Source: Okamejei kenojei
Taxonomy: Eukaryota
Direction of reading: 5' to 3'
NCBI GenBank assembly: GCA_035221665.1
Contig: CM069132.1
Span: forward strand, 135,284,001 to 135,348,000
DNA length: 64,000 nucleotides
Part shown: piece after piece, positions 24,462-36,360 of the stretch
How the letters are laid out: the number at the start of each line of letters is the position of its first letter
Numbering within the stretch: the first letter of the stretch is position 1
Notes under the pieces: model-generated
What the model was told of the DNA's origin: nothing
Seen by the model: only the letters and a program-made list of their open reading frames with translations
Databases searched by the model: none
Translations under genes and position numbers: made by a program

Positions 24462-24632
24462 CTTAAATGACTGTTTGTAAACATAGATGTCATATCCTCC
24501 TTCGATCTTTTTTGTTTTACTGAAGAGAATAAGGTCCTCAAAGAGGAAGATGTGCCTCAGATATTTTTTGCGTCCGCACCAAATGACGAATTCTTCCTGA
24601 CACATAAGCTGTCCTTGCTCTTTAAGATTCAC
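24462..24632 (-). CDS. PLEKHG4B: PLEKHG4B exon, PH domain N-terminal half
   Basis: cag|GTG AAT CTT ... AAG|gtaatt, 171 nt; [57 protein letters not shown]. Confidence 0.96.
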
Positions 24633-24704
24633 CTGTAGGGAAACCAAACCGGAATAAAATTAAAATATCCGTCTTTCAAGCTAACATTAATCTAAGGCCA
24701 CACG

Positions 24705-25040
24705 TGGATAAAATCATGAGATTAATATATTGGGTGGACGCACAGAGTCTCTTGCCAAGAGTAGGGGAATTGATAACCGGGGACATTGGTTTAAGGTGAA
24801 GGGGGAAAGATTTTATAGGAATCTGAAGGGTAACTTTTTCACACAATGGGTAGTGTGCAACATGGAGCGAGGGGCCAGAGGAGGTAGTTGAGGCAAGGGC
24901 TATCACAACGTATTAGACAGGTACATGGATAGGACAGGTTTAGAAGGATATGGGTCAAATGGAGGCAAGTGAGACTAGTGTAGATGGCACTTGTTGGTCG
25001 GTGAAGGCAAGTTAGGCTAAAGGGCCTGCTAAGACTCTAT
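24705..25040 (+). mobile_element. CR1-type LINE 3' fragment
   Basis: Similar to 32200-32555; boundaries approximate. Confidence 0.75.
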
Positions 25041-25453
25041 GATTGGAAATTATTGATCTGTGACGCTATTTAGAAGAGTTGCTGAATAGTTATACAATGG
25101 AAGGAGGCATTCAGCCTAATAAGTACCATTGGCTCTATGTAGGAGCAATTCAGCTACTCACCTACACTCCCTTTGTAACTCCAGAAATGCTTCCCTTTCA
25201 ATTGTTCAGTTCTCCTCTGGATACTACAATTGCATCTGCCACCGTTAGAACATTTGAGATGCTTAGTGTATTTTGTTTTAATCAGCTTCATTCAACACCA
25301 CTTTGTTCTTGACCTTTGCCAATGAGAACATTTCCCTCCATTGTCCATCTTTGCTCTTCATAATTTTAAGTACCTCAACAAAATCTCCATGCAACTTCAT
25401 CTGTTCCAAGGAGAATAAACCCATTCCATATACTCCAATCCAAGTCTGTATCA

Positions 25454-25455
<2 letters not shown>

Positions 25456-25511
<56 letters not shown>
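25456..25511. repeat. (AT)n microsatellite
   Basis: Pure AT dinucleotide run. Confidence 0.97.
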
Positions 25512-25522
<11 letters not shown>

Positions 25523-26795
25523 GCAGTGGTCTTAATACTGACCCCTGGGGAAAACTAACATATACTTTATTCCAGATGGAAAACAACCTTAACCTCAATG
25601 TCCTGTTGTTTCACCAATTTTTTTATCAGTGTTGGAACACCTTCTTAAAATCTATTCCTTTCCTCCTCACAGTTTCCACTATGCCTCCAACTTTTGTGTC
25701 ATCTACAATGTAGATGAAGGACGTTCTCCCAATATTGTTCACCCCACAAAACACATCTGCAAATCAGATGATATAACAGGGGTCCTTAGTATGTCTACAT
25801 TGACTGCCATACTTCCTGCTAAATGACACTGCCTTCACTTGCACTTCAATGACTGTTTTAGTGATCATGTGTTTTCCCTATGTTGACAAGTGATATATCA
25901 TTGCAATCATTACAAAGATATTTCATGGTGTAGCATGTTTTGAAAAGTTTGGGGTAAATTACAGAGTAAATTTACAACATAGAACAGTACAACCACCGGA
26001 ATAAGCTCTTTGTTCCAGAATGTTTGGTGCTGAACATGATGCCAAGTTAAACTGATCTCATCCACCTGTACAAGATCCATGTTTCTCTATTCCCTGCACA
26101 TCCATATCTAAGAGCCTCTTAAATGCCACCACCATATCTGCCTCTAACAGCAACCCTGGCAATACGTTCCAGGCCCCCACTACTCTCTGTGTAAAAATAT
26201 GCCACACATATCTCCATTAAATTTTCCCACCCTCTCACCTTATAACTATGCCCTCTAGTATTGGACATTTCCACCCTGGGAAAAAGGTTTGGACTGAATT
26301 TAGAACATTCATGTTCATGTGAAATATGTCGCACAGAAACAGGCTTTATGGTCTGACTAATCCCTGACCGTTTAAGTGGTAGATACACCCTTTTACATTC
26401 CCCTTCTTCTAACCGCATCAGTGTAACCTTTTCTCTTTCCCTTTCACACTGACTATATCAAAAGGTGAATCTGCTATTTCTTCCCCTAAACCCTGCCCCA
26501 GTATTGAAATTTACGTCTTTATCTAGTTTTTCTCCTATTTATTTAATTTATTTCATTTATCGCTGTCTTGTCTCTAGCTCATCTTGTCCCTAAAATTCAC
26601 CCTCTCGTGCTACTAAATGATTGACAATCTTCTTGGATGAGTTGACATTGTTAACCATTCACCCCAACCCATTACCCTTACAAATCTCCTTCACTTTCCT
26701 CAAAAAAAAAAAAAAATTGCCCTCTCACACTTGGGCATTGTAGCCCATCCAACTGTCTCATTCTTCTCCCATGGCTGGTAGATGTTGATAGATGT

Positions 26796-26997
26796 GTGGG
26801 AAGGAACTGCAGGTGCTGGTTTACACCGAAGACAGACACAAAATGCTGGAGTAACTCTGGAGTAACAACAGGCAGCATCTCTGGAGAGAAGTAATGTGTG
26901 ACCTAAAGAAGGGTGTTGACTCAAAACGCCAGCCATTCCTTCTATCCAAAGATACTGAGTGCTACTGAGTGACTCCAGCATTTTGTGTCTATCTTGA
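26796..26997. mobile_element. Penelope-derived fold-back mini-element
   Basis: Inverted arms (agacacaaaatgctggagt / actccagcattttgtgtct); TSD ATGTTGATAGATGT at 26782-26795 and 26998-27011. Confidence 0.82.
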
Positions 26998-27077
26998 ATG
27001 TTGATAGATGTTTATGGTCTTTGCCTATCTTTCCTGGAGCTACATGCTTGATACCCACCAATCAGGCTTCCATTCCA

Positions 27078-27365
27078 TATAACAACCATATAACCATATA
27101 ACAATTACAGCACGGAAACAGGCCCTCTCGGCCCTTCCAGTCCGTGCCGACCATTTGTTTTCCCCTAGTCCCATCTACCTGCACTCAGACCATACCCCTC
27201 CATTCCCTTCACGTCCATATACCTATCCACTTTACTCTTAAATGTTAAAATCGATCCTGCCTCCACCACTTCTGCTGGAAGCTCATTCCACACAGCCACC
27301 ACCCTCTGAGTAAAGAAGTTCCCCCTCACGTTACCCCGAAACTTCTGTCCCTTAATTCTCATGTC
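27078..27365 (-). mobile_element. Young CR1-type LINE 3' fragment, copy C
   Basis: Near-identical to copy A; TSD TTCCA at 27073-27077 and 27366-27370. Confidence 0.9.
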
Positions 27366-30092
27366 TTCCAGCACAATCATGAAGCAAAACTTACCATTGT
27401 TACATAAGATAGTTTAGGTGACTGGGACAAAGGGAATTATTTGGCCTCTCATTGTTCAAGGCCCATGGAACTTTCAACATGCCTCACCACCACATCCTCC
27501 GCCAGCACAATTACATCTGCTCTGCTATTTTATTCAGCCAGAATCAGAAAATCATCTACAATGTCATTTTCCAAATATTGTGTCTTTGATATTCCCAAAG
27601 GATGTACCTTTGAAACCATTTAAATTACAATCAGCTTAGAAGTTCCATGGTAACATCATCAAAAACCTGAGTGTCATTACTCACATCAACACTGAAGGAA
27701 TCCAGCCCCACTCACCAGCACTTCTCTCAGCCTCTCCATAGTCTCTACGTTATCATGGAATAGGATGAGTTGAAATCTCCCTCCAGTTAACATTGGGAAG
27801 ATCACAGGTTTAATTCCTTTATTTGGCTACAGACCTCTCCCTGGGCTTCTTGAAATCTTTTTTAAAAAGACACAAAAAGCTGGAGTAACTCAACAGACAG
27901 GCAGCATCTCTGGAAGATATGGATAGGTGATGTTTTTGCATCAGAATCCTTCTTCAGAATAGAAGTGACGGGGGGGGGGGGGGGGGTGAGGGGGGAGAAA
28001 GCTAGATGAGGTGTTGGGGAGAGGGGAGGACAAGACCTGGCAAGTGATGGGTGGATACATATGAGCGGGGTTGGTTTATTGGCAGATGGGTGGCATGAAA
28101 GATAAATTGCAAAGTTTCAAGAAGACAGCAAGGAATAGGGATAGGTAGAGTGCTTATGAATATTTAAAGTCCTCTTCATGTGTTATAATAATTATGTGCT
28201 TTAAAGAAGGTTGAAACTGATCATGTGTAGCTGGCACTCACTGCAGTCTACTTTAGTCAGATTCTGTTCTCTGTAATAGACAATAGACAATAGACTATAG
28301 GTTCAGGAGTAGGCCATTCGGCCCTTCAAGCCAGCACCACCATTCACTGTGATCATGGCTGATCATCCACAATCAGTACTGCTCCGTTCCTACCTTCTCC
28401 GCATATCCCTTGATTCCGCTATCTTTAAGAGCTCTATCTAACTTTTAATCAAAGGATAAATGGCAATCGTAAAACAATAAAATAAGGTTGAAACAGGCCA
28501 TTTGCTAATCTGTAATGGTGAGGAATTGGGCTGTGTTTACGCTGCTGTGTATTTCAGATGTGCACACTGTATATATGCTATAAGACCATTTGGAAGAAGG
28601 AAAAGTGCTAAAGTGCCCTGCAATAAACAAAACATCAAAGGAAAATTCTGTACATGAAGAGCAGGTGAATCTGTTCGTTGAGCAATCTCCTAATTGCTCC
28701 CAGTGATCACTGAATTTGGCGCTCTTGAATAAAGTCTTGAATGTCTTATCCAATCTCTGTGTTGCGTTTTAAAGTTTCCTTTAAGAGTGGACGCATGTGA
28801 GAGATGAAAAGAAGACCAAAGGCTGTGAGATAAGGGGGGAAGAGGAGTAAATTGTGAAGCCAGAGGAAAGGATATAGGTGGAAGAGAATGGGAGGGGGCG
28901 GGAAGGGAGGGCAGAATAGTAGGAGAAAGGACTATGCTTCTGGGTGGAGCACAGGGGAGAGAAGAGGAAAGTGGGGGTGGTTTATTACCTATAGTTGGAG
29001 AATTCAATGTTCGCATCATTGGGTTGTAAGGTGGAATACGAGGAGCTGTTCCTCCAGTGTGTAGCCTCACTCTGGCAATGGAGGAGTACCATGACAGAAA
29101 GGTCAGTATGGCAATGGGAGGGAGAGTTACAATGGTTAAACCAATTCCGAAACATTTCATGGCCTTTTGTCGCCTATCAATTCCCAGAAGTCCTCCAGAG
29201 ATGTTGCCTGACTGAATTGAGTTACTCCAGCACTTTTTGTCTTTTTTGTTAAACTGGCGTCTGCAGTTCTTTGTGCATTCTTGAAATCTCGTTAATGTCT
29301 TAAGGAAATATTTGCACCATGTATTGTGGGAATTGAATAAGGGGGTAGAATAAGACCTCTCAATTTTCAGGCAGCTCGGATCACTTCCCGATTGCAAATA
29401 TTTGGAACCTTCTGTTCTTTCTCCGGATCAAAATAATCAGGGCATTGAAAATTGCCTTGTTCTGCAATGTTTTGTTGACCTGGATAAGGCGACTAATCCA
29501 GATCCTTGTTCTTTTTTATTGTGATATGTGCGGCAGACTGGTAATTGGACTCCATCCAGTCCTATTCACCCATTCAGAGTAAATCAAAGGACCCTGTGCT
29601 TAGTAACTTTCTAGCATTCAGACCCCAGGTTCAGGTGGCTTTGATCATAGCAGCAATTATTAAAAGTGATGGCGATGAGCCTGCAATTTGCGAGCACCTT
29701 CCACAGCCTTATGCTCCATGGTACTGTTTGAAGTCCACTCTGTGAGCAGTCAGCTTGTGCACAGCTAAATGGCACGGACTCAGCAACAAGATGTGCAAGC
29801 TTATAATCATTCCTCGTGAGGCTGGCTGAGGGATAAATGGGGTGGTGTAGAAGCAGGGAAATATATTGACGGGGGAAGACAGTTACCTAAACCCACCTGA
29901 CAACCACTCAAATAACAGCAAAGGCAGAGGTCCCAGCACAGACTACACTCCCCGCTGCTCATAGCGCTAAGCATAGAGTGAGGAAACATACAAGGCGATG
30001 CACTGCAGAAAAATTATCAACTCTGATCCTCAGGGTGGCTCTGAAAAGCTGACGGTATTATTTCCGCATGTTTAGCTTATGGTTTCCCTTAC

Positions 30093-30317
30093 ATCGCATC
30101 CACGAATGGCATCCATCGCAAGCAGGTCGTTCCCATGACGGAGCTGAAACTTCACCATCTCCTCAGCTGCTTGGAGATCGTTGAACTCCTGCTCCTGTGC
30201 TTTGCTGCAGTGTTTGATCATGTCTTTCAGCAGCAGTGCGTACTTGCTCATCCGCTGGATGGGCTTCAGAAGGTAGGAGGCCAGGTCCATCTTGTCGCCA
30301 AGTGCCAGCTGCTTATT
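30093..30317 (-). CDS. PLEKHG4B: PLEKHG4B exon, C-terminal DH domain
   Basis: cag|AAT AAG CAG ... TGC GAT|gtaagg, 225 nt; NKQLALGDKMDLASYLLKPIQRMSKYALLLKD...QLRHGNDLLAMDAIRGCD. Confidence 0.96.
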
Positions 30318-30609
30318 CTGCAGAAATATATCGCACAGAAAAGCTCAGCAAATATATGTCAACAAAAACAAAGAAGACGGGTGTCATAAACAAGTCAACA
30401 TACTATTAACATACTGTTAAAAACAACAATAAGGGTGTCAGGGGTTATGGGGAGAAGGCAGGAGAATGGGGCTAGGAGGGAGCGATAGATCAGCCAAGAT
30501 TGAATGGTAGAGTAGACTTGATGAACCGAATGACCCTATTCTGCTCCTATCACTTATGACCTTATGACCTTAAGAAAGGCCGCAGGCTTTTCAGCCCTAC
30601 TGCAGTCTC

Positions 30610-31400
30610 CACCATTGTGATGACGCAACTTTATAGGACTTTAGTTATGTCGCATTTGGAGTATTGTGTGCAGGTCGAGTCACCCTATTAGAGGAAGGGT
30701 GTAATAAGCAGGAACTGAAGATGCTGGTTTATACCAAATAAAGACACAAAATGCTAGAGTAACTCATTGGGCCAGGCAGCATCCCTGGAGTACATGGATA
30801 GGCGATATTTCAAGTTGGAACCCTTCATCAGACTGAAAAATTCTGAAGAAAGATTCCAACCCGAAATGTTGCCTATCCATGTACTCCAGGGACGATGCAC
30901 GACCCACCAAGTTACTCCAGCATTTTCTCCTTCTTTAGAGAAAGGATGTGGGGCCTTTGGAAAGGATGCAGAGCAGATTTACCAGAATTATGCCTATAGT
31001 AAGGGGCATTGGCCACAGGGGGAGGTTGTACAGCCTTGGATCATTTTATCTGGAATGCCAGAGGTTGCGGAGAGAGCTCATAGAAGTATATAAAATCATG
31101 AGAGGAGTGGATAGGGTAGAAAGACAGAATCTTTATCCCAGGATGGGAAATTTAAATATTAGAAGGCACAGCATTAAGGTGAGAGGGGCAAAGTTTAAAG
31201 GAGAGGTATGGGGCAATTTTTGTTTACACAGAGGGTGATGAATGCCTGGAATGTGCTGCCAGGGATGATAGTTGAAGCAAATATGTTAATGGCATTTAAA
31301 AGTATTTTGGATGGGCATATGGACATGCAGAGAATGGTTGATATGGATGATCTGCAGGTAAATAAGTGATAGACTTGGCATCATGTTCAATACTTAGTAT
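30610..31400 (+). mobile_element. Degenerate CR1-type LINE, interrupted by a Penelope-derived fold-back mini-element (about 30705-30925)
   Basis: LERMQSRFTRI...LECQRLRRELIEVYKIMRG motif. Confidence 0.8.
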
Positions 31401-31919
31401 AGTGTTCTATGGACTAGGCATTTAATATGATCATATCTGATCACCCCAAATCATCTATCTATATTATGTTCTAAACATGGATCGATGGTTTGAAGTCATT
31501 AGGCCAACAAGTCCACCCACCACTCATTATTGGAACAAAGCTCCTTACACTAATATACAACATGATTGATCACACTATTCTAAACTGTGATATTCAGTGT
31601 ATATTCTATACTCAGTTAGAAACTAAACTGATATTCACTAAATGCATTGAGTCCCCTCATTTCCAAAAACCTCTTCATTGACAATCAGATCACGATCAAC
31701 AAGCGAGCATCTACAGTTCTCTGAAATAAAAGAGTAAAGGGTTCCAAAAACTCTTAATCCTGGAATTTCAATCACCGAGCTTATAATTTATGCTTGCTAC
31801 ATGATAGGTTTTCAAGTAAAATTCTATCACATTAATTGCTGAATTATTTACAAAGCTTCAGTATTCTTGCTGGATCCACAGGACATATGTCATACTCATG
31901 CATGGAAAGACCAAGGTTT

Positions 31920-32555
31920 GGTCAAAAAGGCTTTTGGCACATTGGCCTTCATCAGTCAGAATATTGAATATAGAAGTTGGGAGGTCATGTTGCAGTTGTA
32001 ATAAGACATTGGTGAGACCAGTATTGTGTTCAGTCCTGGGCAACATTTTATAGGATAGATATTGTCAAGCTTGAAAGGGTTCAGAGAAGATTTACAAGGT
32101 TGTTGTCAGGACTAGAGGGGCTGAGCTATAGGGGGAGATTGAGTAGGCTGGGTCTCTATTCTTTGGAGTGCAGGAGGATGAGGGCTGATCTTATAGGGGT
32201 GTATGAAATCATGAGAGGAATAAATTGGGTAGATGCACAGAATCTCTTGCCCAGAATAGGGGAATCGAGGACCAGAGGACATAGGTTCAAGGTGAAGGGG
32301 AAAAGATTTAACAGGAATCTGAGGGGTAACTTTTTCACACAAAGGTTGGTGCGTGTGTGGAACAAGCTGCCAGAGGAGGCAGTTGAGGCTGAGACTATCC
32401 CAACGTTTAAGAGACAGTTAGACGGGTATATGGGGAGGACGTTTGGAGGGATATGGACCAAACGCAGGCAGCTGGGACTAGTGTTGCTGGGACCTGTGTG
32501 GGTAAGTTGGTCCGAAGGGCCTGTTTCCACAATTTTAATACTCTATGACTCTATA
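31920..32555 (+). mobile_element. CR1-type LINE 3' fragment
   Basis: ORF 32100..32618: LEGLSYRGRLSRLGLYSLECRRMRADLI...NFFTQRLVRVWNKLP. Confidence 0.9.
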
Positions 32556-32569
32556 ATAGTTGAACATAT

Positions 32570-33330
32570 GTACCTGGGCATCACTTCCTGGAAGTTGCAG
32601 TGCATTAACATTGGTTAATGGGCACTGCAGGCAAATCCAGGATCAACCACATTAAAGCTACATCCAAGAAAGCACACCAACAGCTCTACTTCCTCAGAAG
32701 ACTAAGGAAGTTCAGCATGTCACCGACGACTCTAACCAACTTCCACAGAACCATTGTAGAAAGCATCCTTTGGTGATGTATCACAGCTTGGTTGGCAACA
32801 TCTCTGCCCACGATGGTAAGAAATTGCAGATGGTTGGGGATTTAGCCCAGTCAATTTTACAGAACAGACGCCCCACCATCAACATTTCACACTGCTTTGC
32901 GAAAACAGTTAGTTTATTCAAGGACCATTTATACCCCAGTCTCTCCTTTCCTTATTGGGCAGAAGATACAAAAGCTTAAAGGCATATACCATCAAACTCA
33001 GGGACAACATACTCCCCACTGTAAATAGACTCCTGAACAGGCCTCTCATAAACTATGGGTGTAGTCCTAATCTCCAAACCTATCTCATTGTGACGAAGGG
33101 TCTTGACCCAAAACGTTGCCTATTTCCTTCTCTCCATAGATGCTGCCTCACCCGCTGAGTTTCTCCAACATTTTTGTCTACCTTCATTGTGACCCATGCA
33201 CTTTTTAAAATCTGCACCTTCTCTGTGAATGTAACGCTCGAACTGTATATTCTGCTCCCTGGTATTTTTCACTCTCCACCATCTGTTGTACACGTGTATG
33301 GCTTGGTCGTACTCATATTAAGTATGATTT
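32570..33330 (+). mobile_element. Rex1/Babar-type LINE 3' fragment, degenerate
   Basis: YLGIT...KKAHQQLYFLRRLRKFSMSPTTLTNFHRTIVESIL; 3' UTR similar to 11728-11965. Confidence 0.75.
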
Positions 33331-35407
33331 GCATGAATAACCCAGATCTTATGGAACAACAACATTTCCAAGTTGTGAGAATGTTTCTCTGGGAAGAAAT
33401 ACCAGAAATTGGACACATGGTCTCAGGGAAGGATTTCTTCTTTCATAAAGGTTTTGAATCTTTGAAATGATCTCTTCAGAGGGCCGGAGTAATTAAGTGT
33501 ATTCGAGACTGATACTGCTGGGTTTTAGGACATCTCAATCATTACAGTAGTGGATAGTGCAGCAGGCTCATGGATAAATTGTACCTGTTCTTACTTCTTA
33601 TGTTCTTTCATCTTCCTTCAGCACTTCAAAAAATAATTCTATTTTCTGCAGAGACTGGGATTTCACTTCGGAAACTGATGCTAGATCAATTGCTAATTTG
33701 AAAATTGAAGGGTTTTTTACTGTACCAACAGAAATAAGAGGGGAAGGTAGGCAAGTGGAGTTAGGACTTAGAGTCCCTTGATCTTAATGCATTGTATAAC
33801 AGGCCATCGGGAGCAAATAACCCTATCTCACCCTCTGTTCCTACTATTTGTTTCTGCTAACTTCTTAGTGTTTCTCATATAAAAGCTTATTTGAACATTT
33901 TAAAACCTTCACAACCCCAGAACATCCCCATAGAAACTTGCACATGATTACTCTGCCTGAGAAAGCAGAGGCAAATTAAAGCACATACAGTATAACATAG
34001 AACAGTACAGCACAGAAACAGACCCTTTGGCCAACAATGTCCATGCCTAACATGATACCAAGATAAACTCATTGTCCTAGAATCAGTGTATGGAAACAAG
34101 CCCATCAGTCCAATTTGTCCATGTCGGCCAAGATGTCCCATCTAAGCTCATCCCATCTAAGTTAGCCCCATTTTCCGGCATTTGGCCCATTACCCAAGTA
34201 TCCTTTCCTCTCCATATAACCGTCAAAATATATTTCAAATGTTGTTACAGTACCAATCTAATCTCCTCCACATGCTCCTGATTTATAACCCTCCTTTCCT
34301 TGCATATCTATGACTCTTAAACTTAACTGTTATATCTGCTTCCACCACTACCCCTCGCAGGTAGTGTAATCCAGATACACACCATTCTCAGTATAAAAAT
34401 CTTGCTCCGCACATCTCCTTTAAAGTCACTCACCTATGCCATCCAGTCTTTGCCTTTTCCACCCTGAAAAAATGGTTCTGACTATCTACCTATCTATGCC
34501 TCACATAATTTATTTATTGTGCAATACTCAAGCAAGCAGCCACGCTGCAGGGAAGTCTACTTCGCATGGCCCCAAAATACAGTCATGGCTTCATCTGCTA
34601 ACCATCTGAGAGGGAAGTTGGGTTGTGCATTGGACCTACAACACAGCGGCTCCAATGATTCAGCATTCACTCGGTAATGCACTGGAATATCAATCTGGAA
34701 TATGCGTCCAATTCCCTGAAGTACATCGCCGAGAACAAAGAGGGACTTGACAGGGGGGGGGGGGGGGGGGGGGGGGGGGACGACGACGAGTAGGAAGAGG
34801 GGGCATCAGGATTATATTGAGTACTTTTGTAACTTGGTCGGTGCCCAATACACGCCGGTTCCTTGCATACTTGTGCATTGTATGCAGAACAATGAACTTC
34901 ACTGTACCAAGTACATAAGGTGTTATAGGTCATAAGTGATAGGAGTAGAATTAGGCCATTTGGCCCATCAAGTCTACTCCACCATTCAATCATGGCTGAT
35001 CTATCTCTCCCTCCTAACCTCATTCTCCTGCCTTCTCCCCATAACCCCTGACACCTGTACTAATCAAGAGTCTATCAATCTCTGCCTTAAAAATATCGAT
35101 TGACTTGGCCTCCACAGCCTTCAGTGGCAAAGAATTCTGCAGATTCCACACCCTCTGACTAAACATATGCCAATAAAGTATCAATCGACCAATAAAGTAT
35201 CGATCAATCCTGCATCTACAATCTTTTACCTCAGAGGCAAGAGTGTTATAAAAGCTGACATGTTTCATACAGCATCTGACGCCAATCCCACATTTTATTG
35301 CAAAGCGATCATACGTAAGAACATGCAAAAAACACTTTTGTCTAATTAATTCTCCACTGATAGAAACAAAACTAATTTGCTCTTTTCAAAATATACGAAC
35401 TACCTAC

Positions 35408-35497
35408 TTTAAAGAAAGTGTTTCCGTGACTCGCGAGCAGACTGTCAGACCGTGGTTTGTTCATGCTGTATAGTGCATACATCCGAAATTGCTCTTC
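35408..35497 (-). CDS. PLEKHG4B: PLEKHG4B exon, DH domain: EEQFRMYALYSMNKPRSDSLLASHGNTFFK
   Basis: ctag|GAA ... AAA|gtaggt, 90 nt, phase 0/0; Trio-family DH motif F.MY..Y..NKP.S. Too short to appear in the ORF track. Confidence 0.95.
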
Positions 35498-36360
35498 CTA
35501 GAAGAGTAAACAAGTAAAATGTTGTTAATGTTAATGTCAGCTAACATAAACAGTTATTGCTACATGGCTCCAAGCATATTGAACACATTCACAGACATGC
35601 AACCTACTCATCAAACTTGGGAATTGAACCAAATCTTCTAAATAAAGATTCAAAACCATTATATGTCGTTATTATGAAGAAGGACCCCGACCTGAAATGG
35701 CACCTATCTATTTTCTTCATAGATGCTGCTTGACCTCTCCAGCATAGACACAAAAAGCTGGAGTAACTCAGCGGGCCAGGCAGCATCTCTGGAGACGAGA
35801 TGGGTGACGTTTCGGGTAGAGAGCGTTCTTCAGACCTGTCTCAACCCGAAACGTCACCTACTCCTTCTCTTCAGAGATGCTGCCTGTCCCACTGAGTTAC
35901 TCCAGATTTTTGCGTCTATCTTCGATTTAAACCTGCATCTGCAGTTCCTTCCTACAAGTGTTGCTCCAGCATCCTGTGTTCATCTTTATTATATATTCCG
36001 TTTCAATGACCAACAATTCACAAAATATATTGTGTTAAATAAAGAAGAGAGTGCTTTGATTTCTGCTCATCAATATTCCCAATTTTATTTAGAGACAGTT
36101 AATGATCATGCAGACTTTTTTTACACCTACAAGATTATGGCTAATTTATTAATTAATATAATTTAATTTATAAATTAAATTAATAATGGCTGATTCTGCT
36201 TGAGGTGCTAAAGTCAGCGGGCTGAGTTCATATATATAAGGTCCATTATTGTGATTTTAGTGATCCATAAAGCATAGAGAATCATACAGTCATACAGCAT
36301 GGAAATAGGCCCTTCGGCCCAACTTGCCCATGCTGACCAAGATACCCCATCTACAGTAGT

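Noticed and set aside
25278-25598. ORFs with poly-(IY) runs
   Set aside because: Translation of the (AT)n microsatellite within decayed CR1 sequence.
28690-29397. 235-aa minus-strand ORF
   Set aside because: Low-complexity translation of a decayed Penelope-related purine-rich repeat; no domain or splice context.
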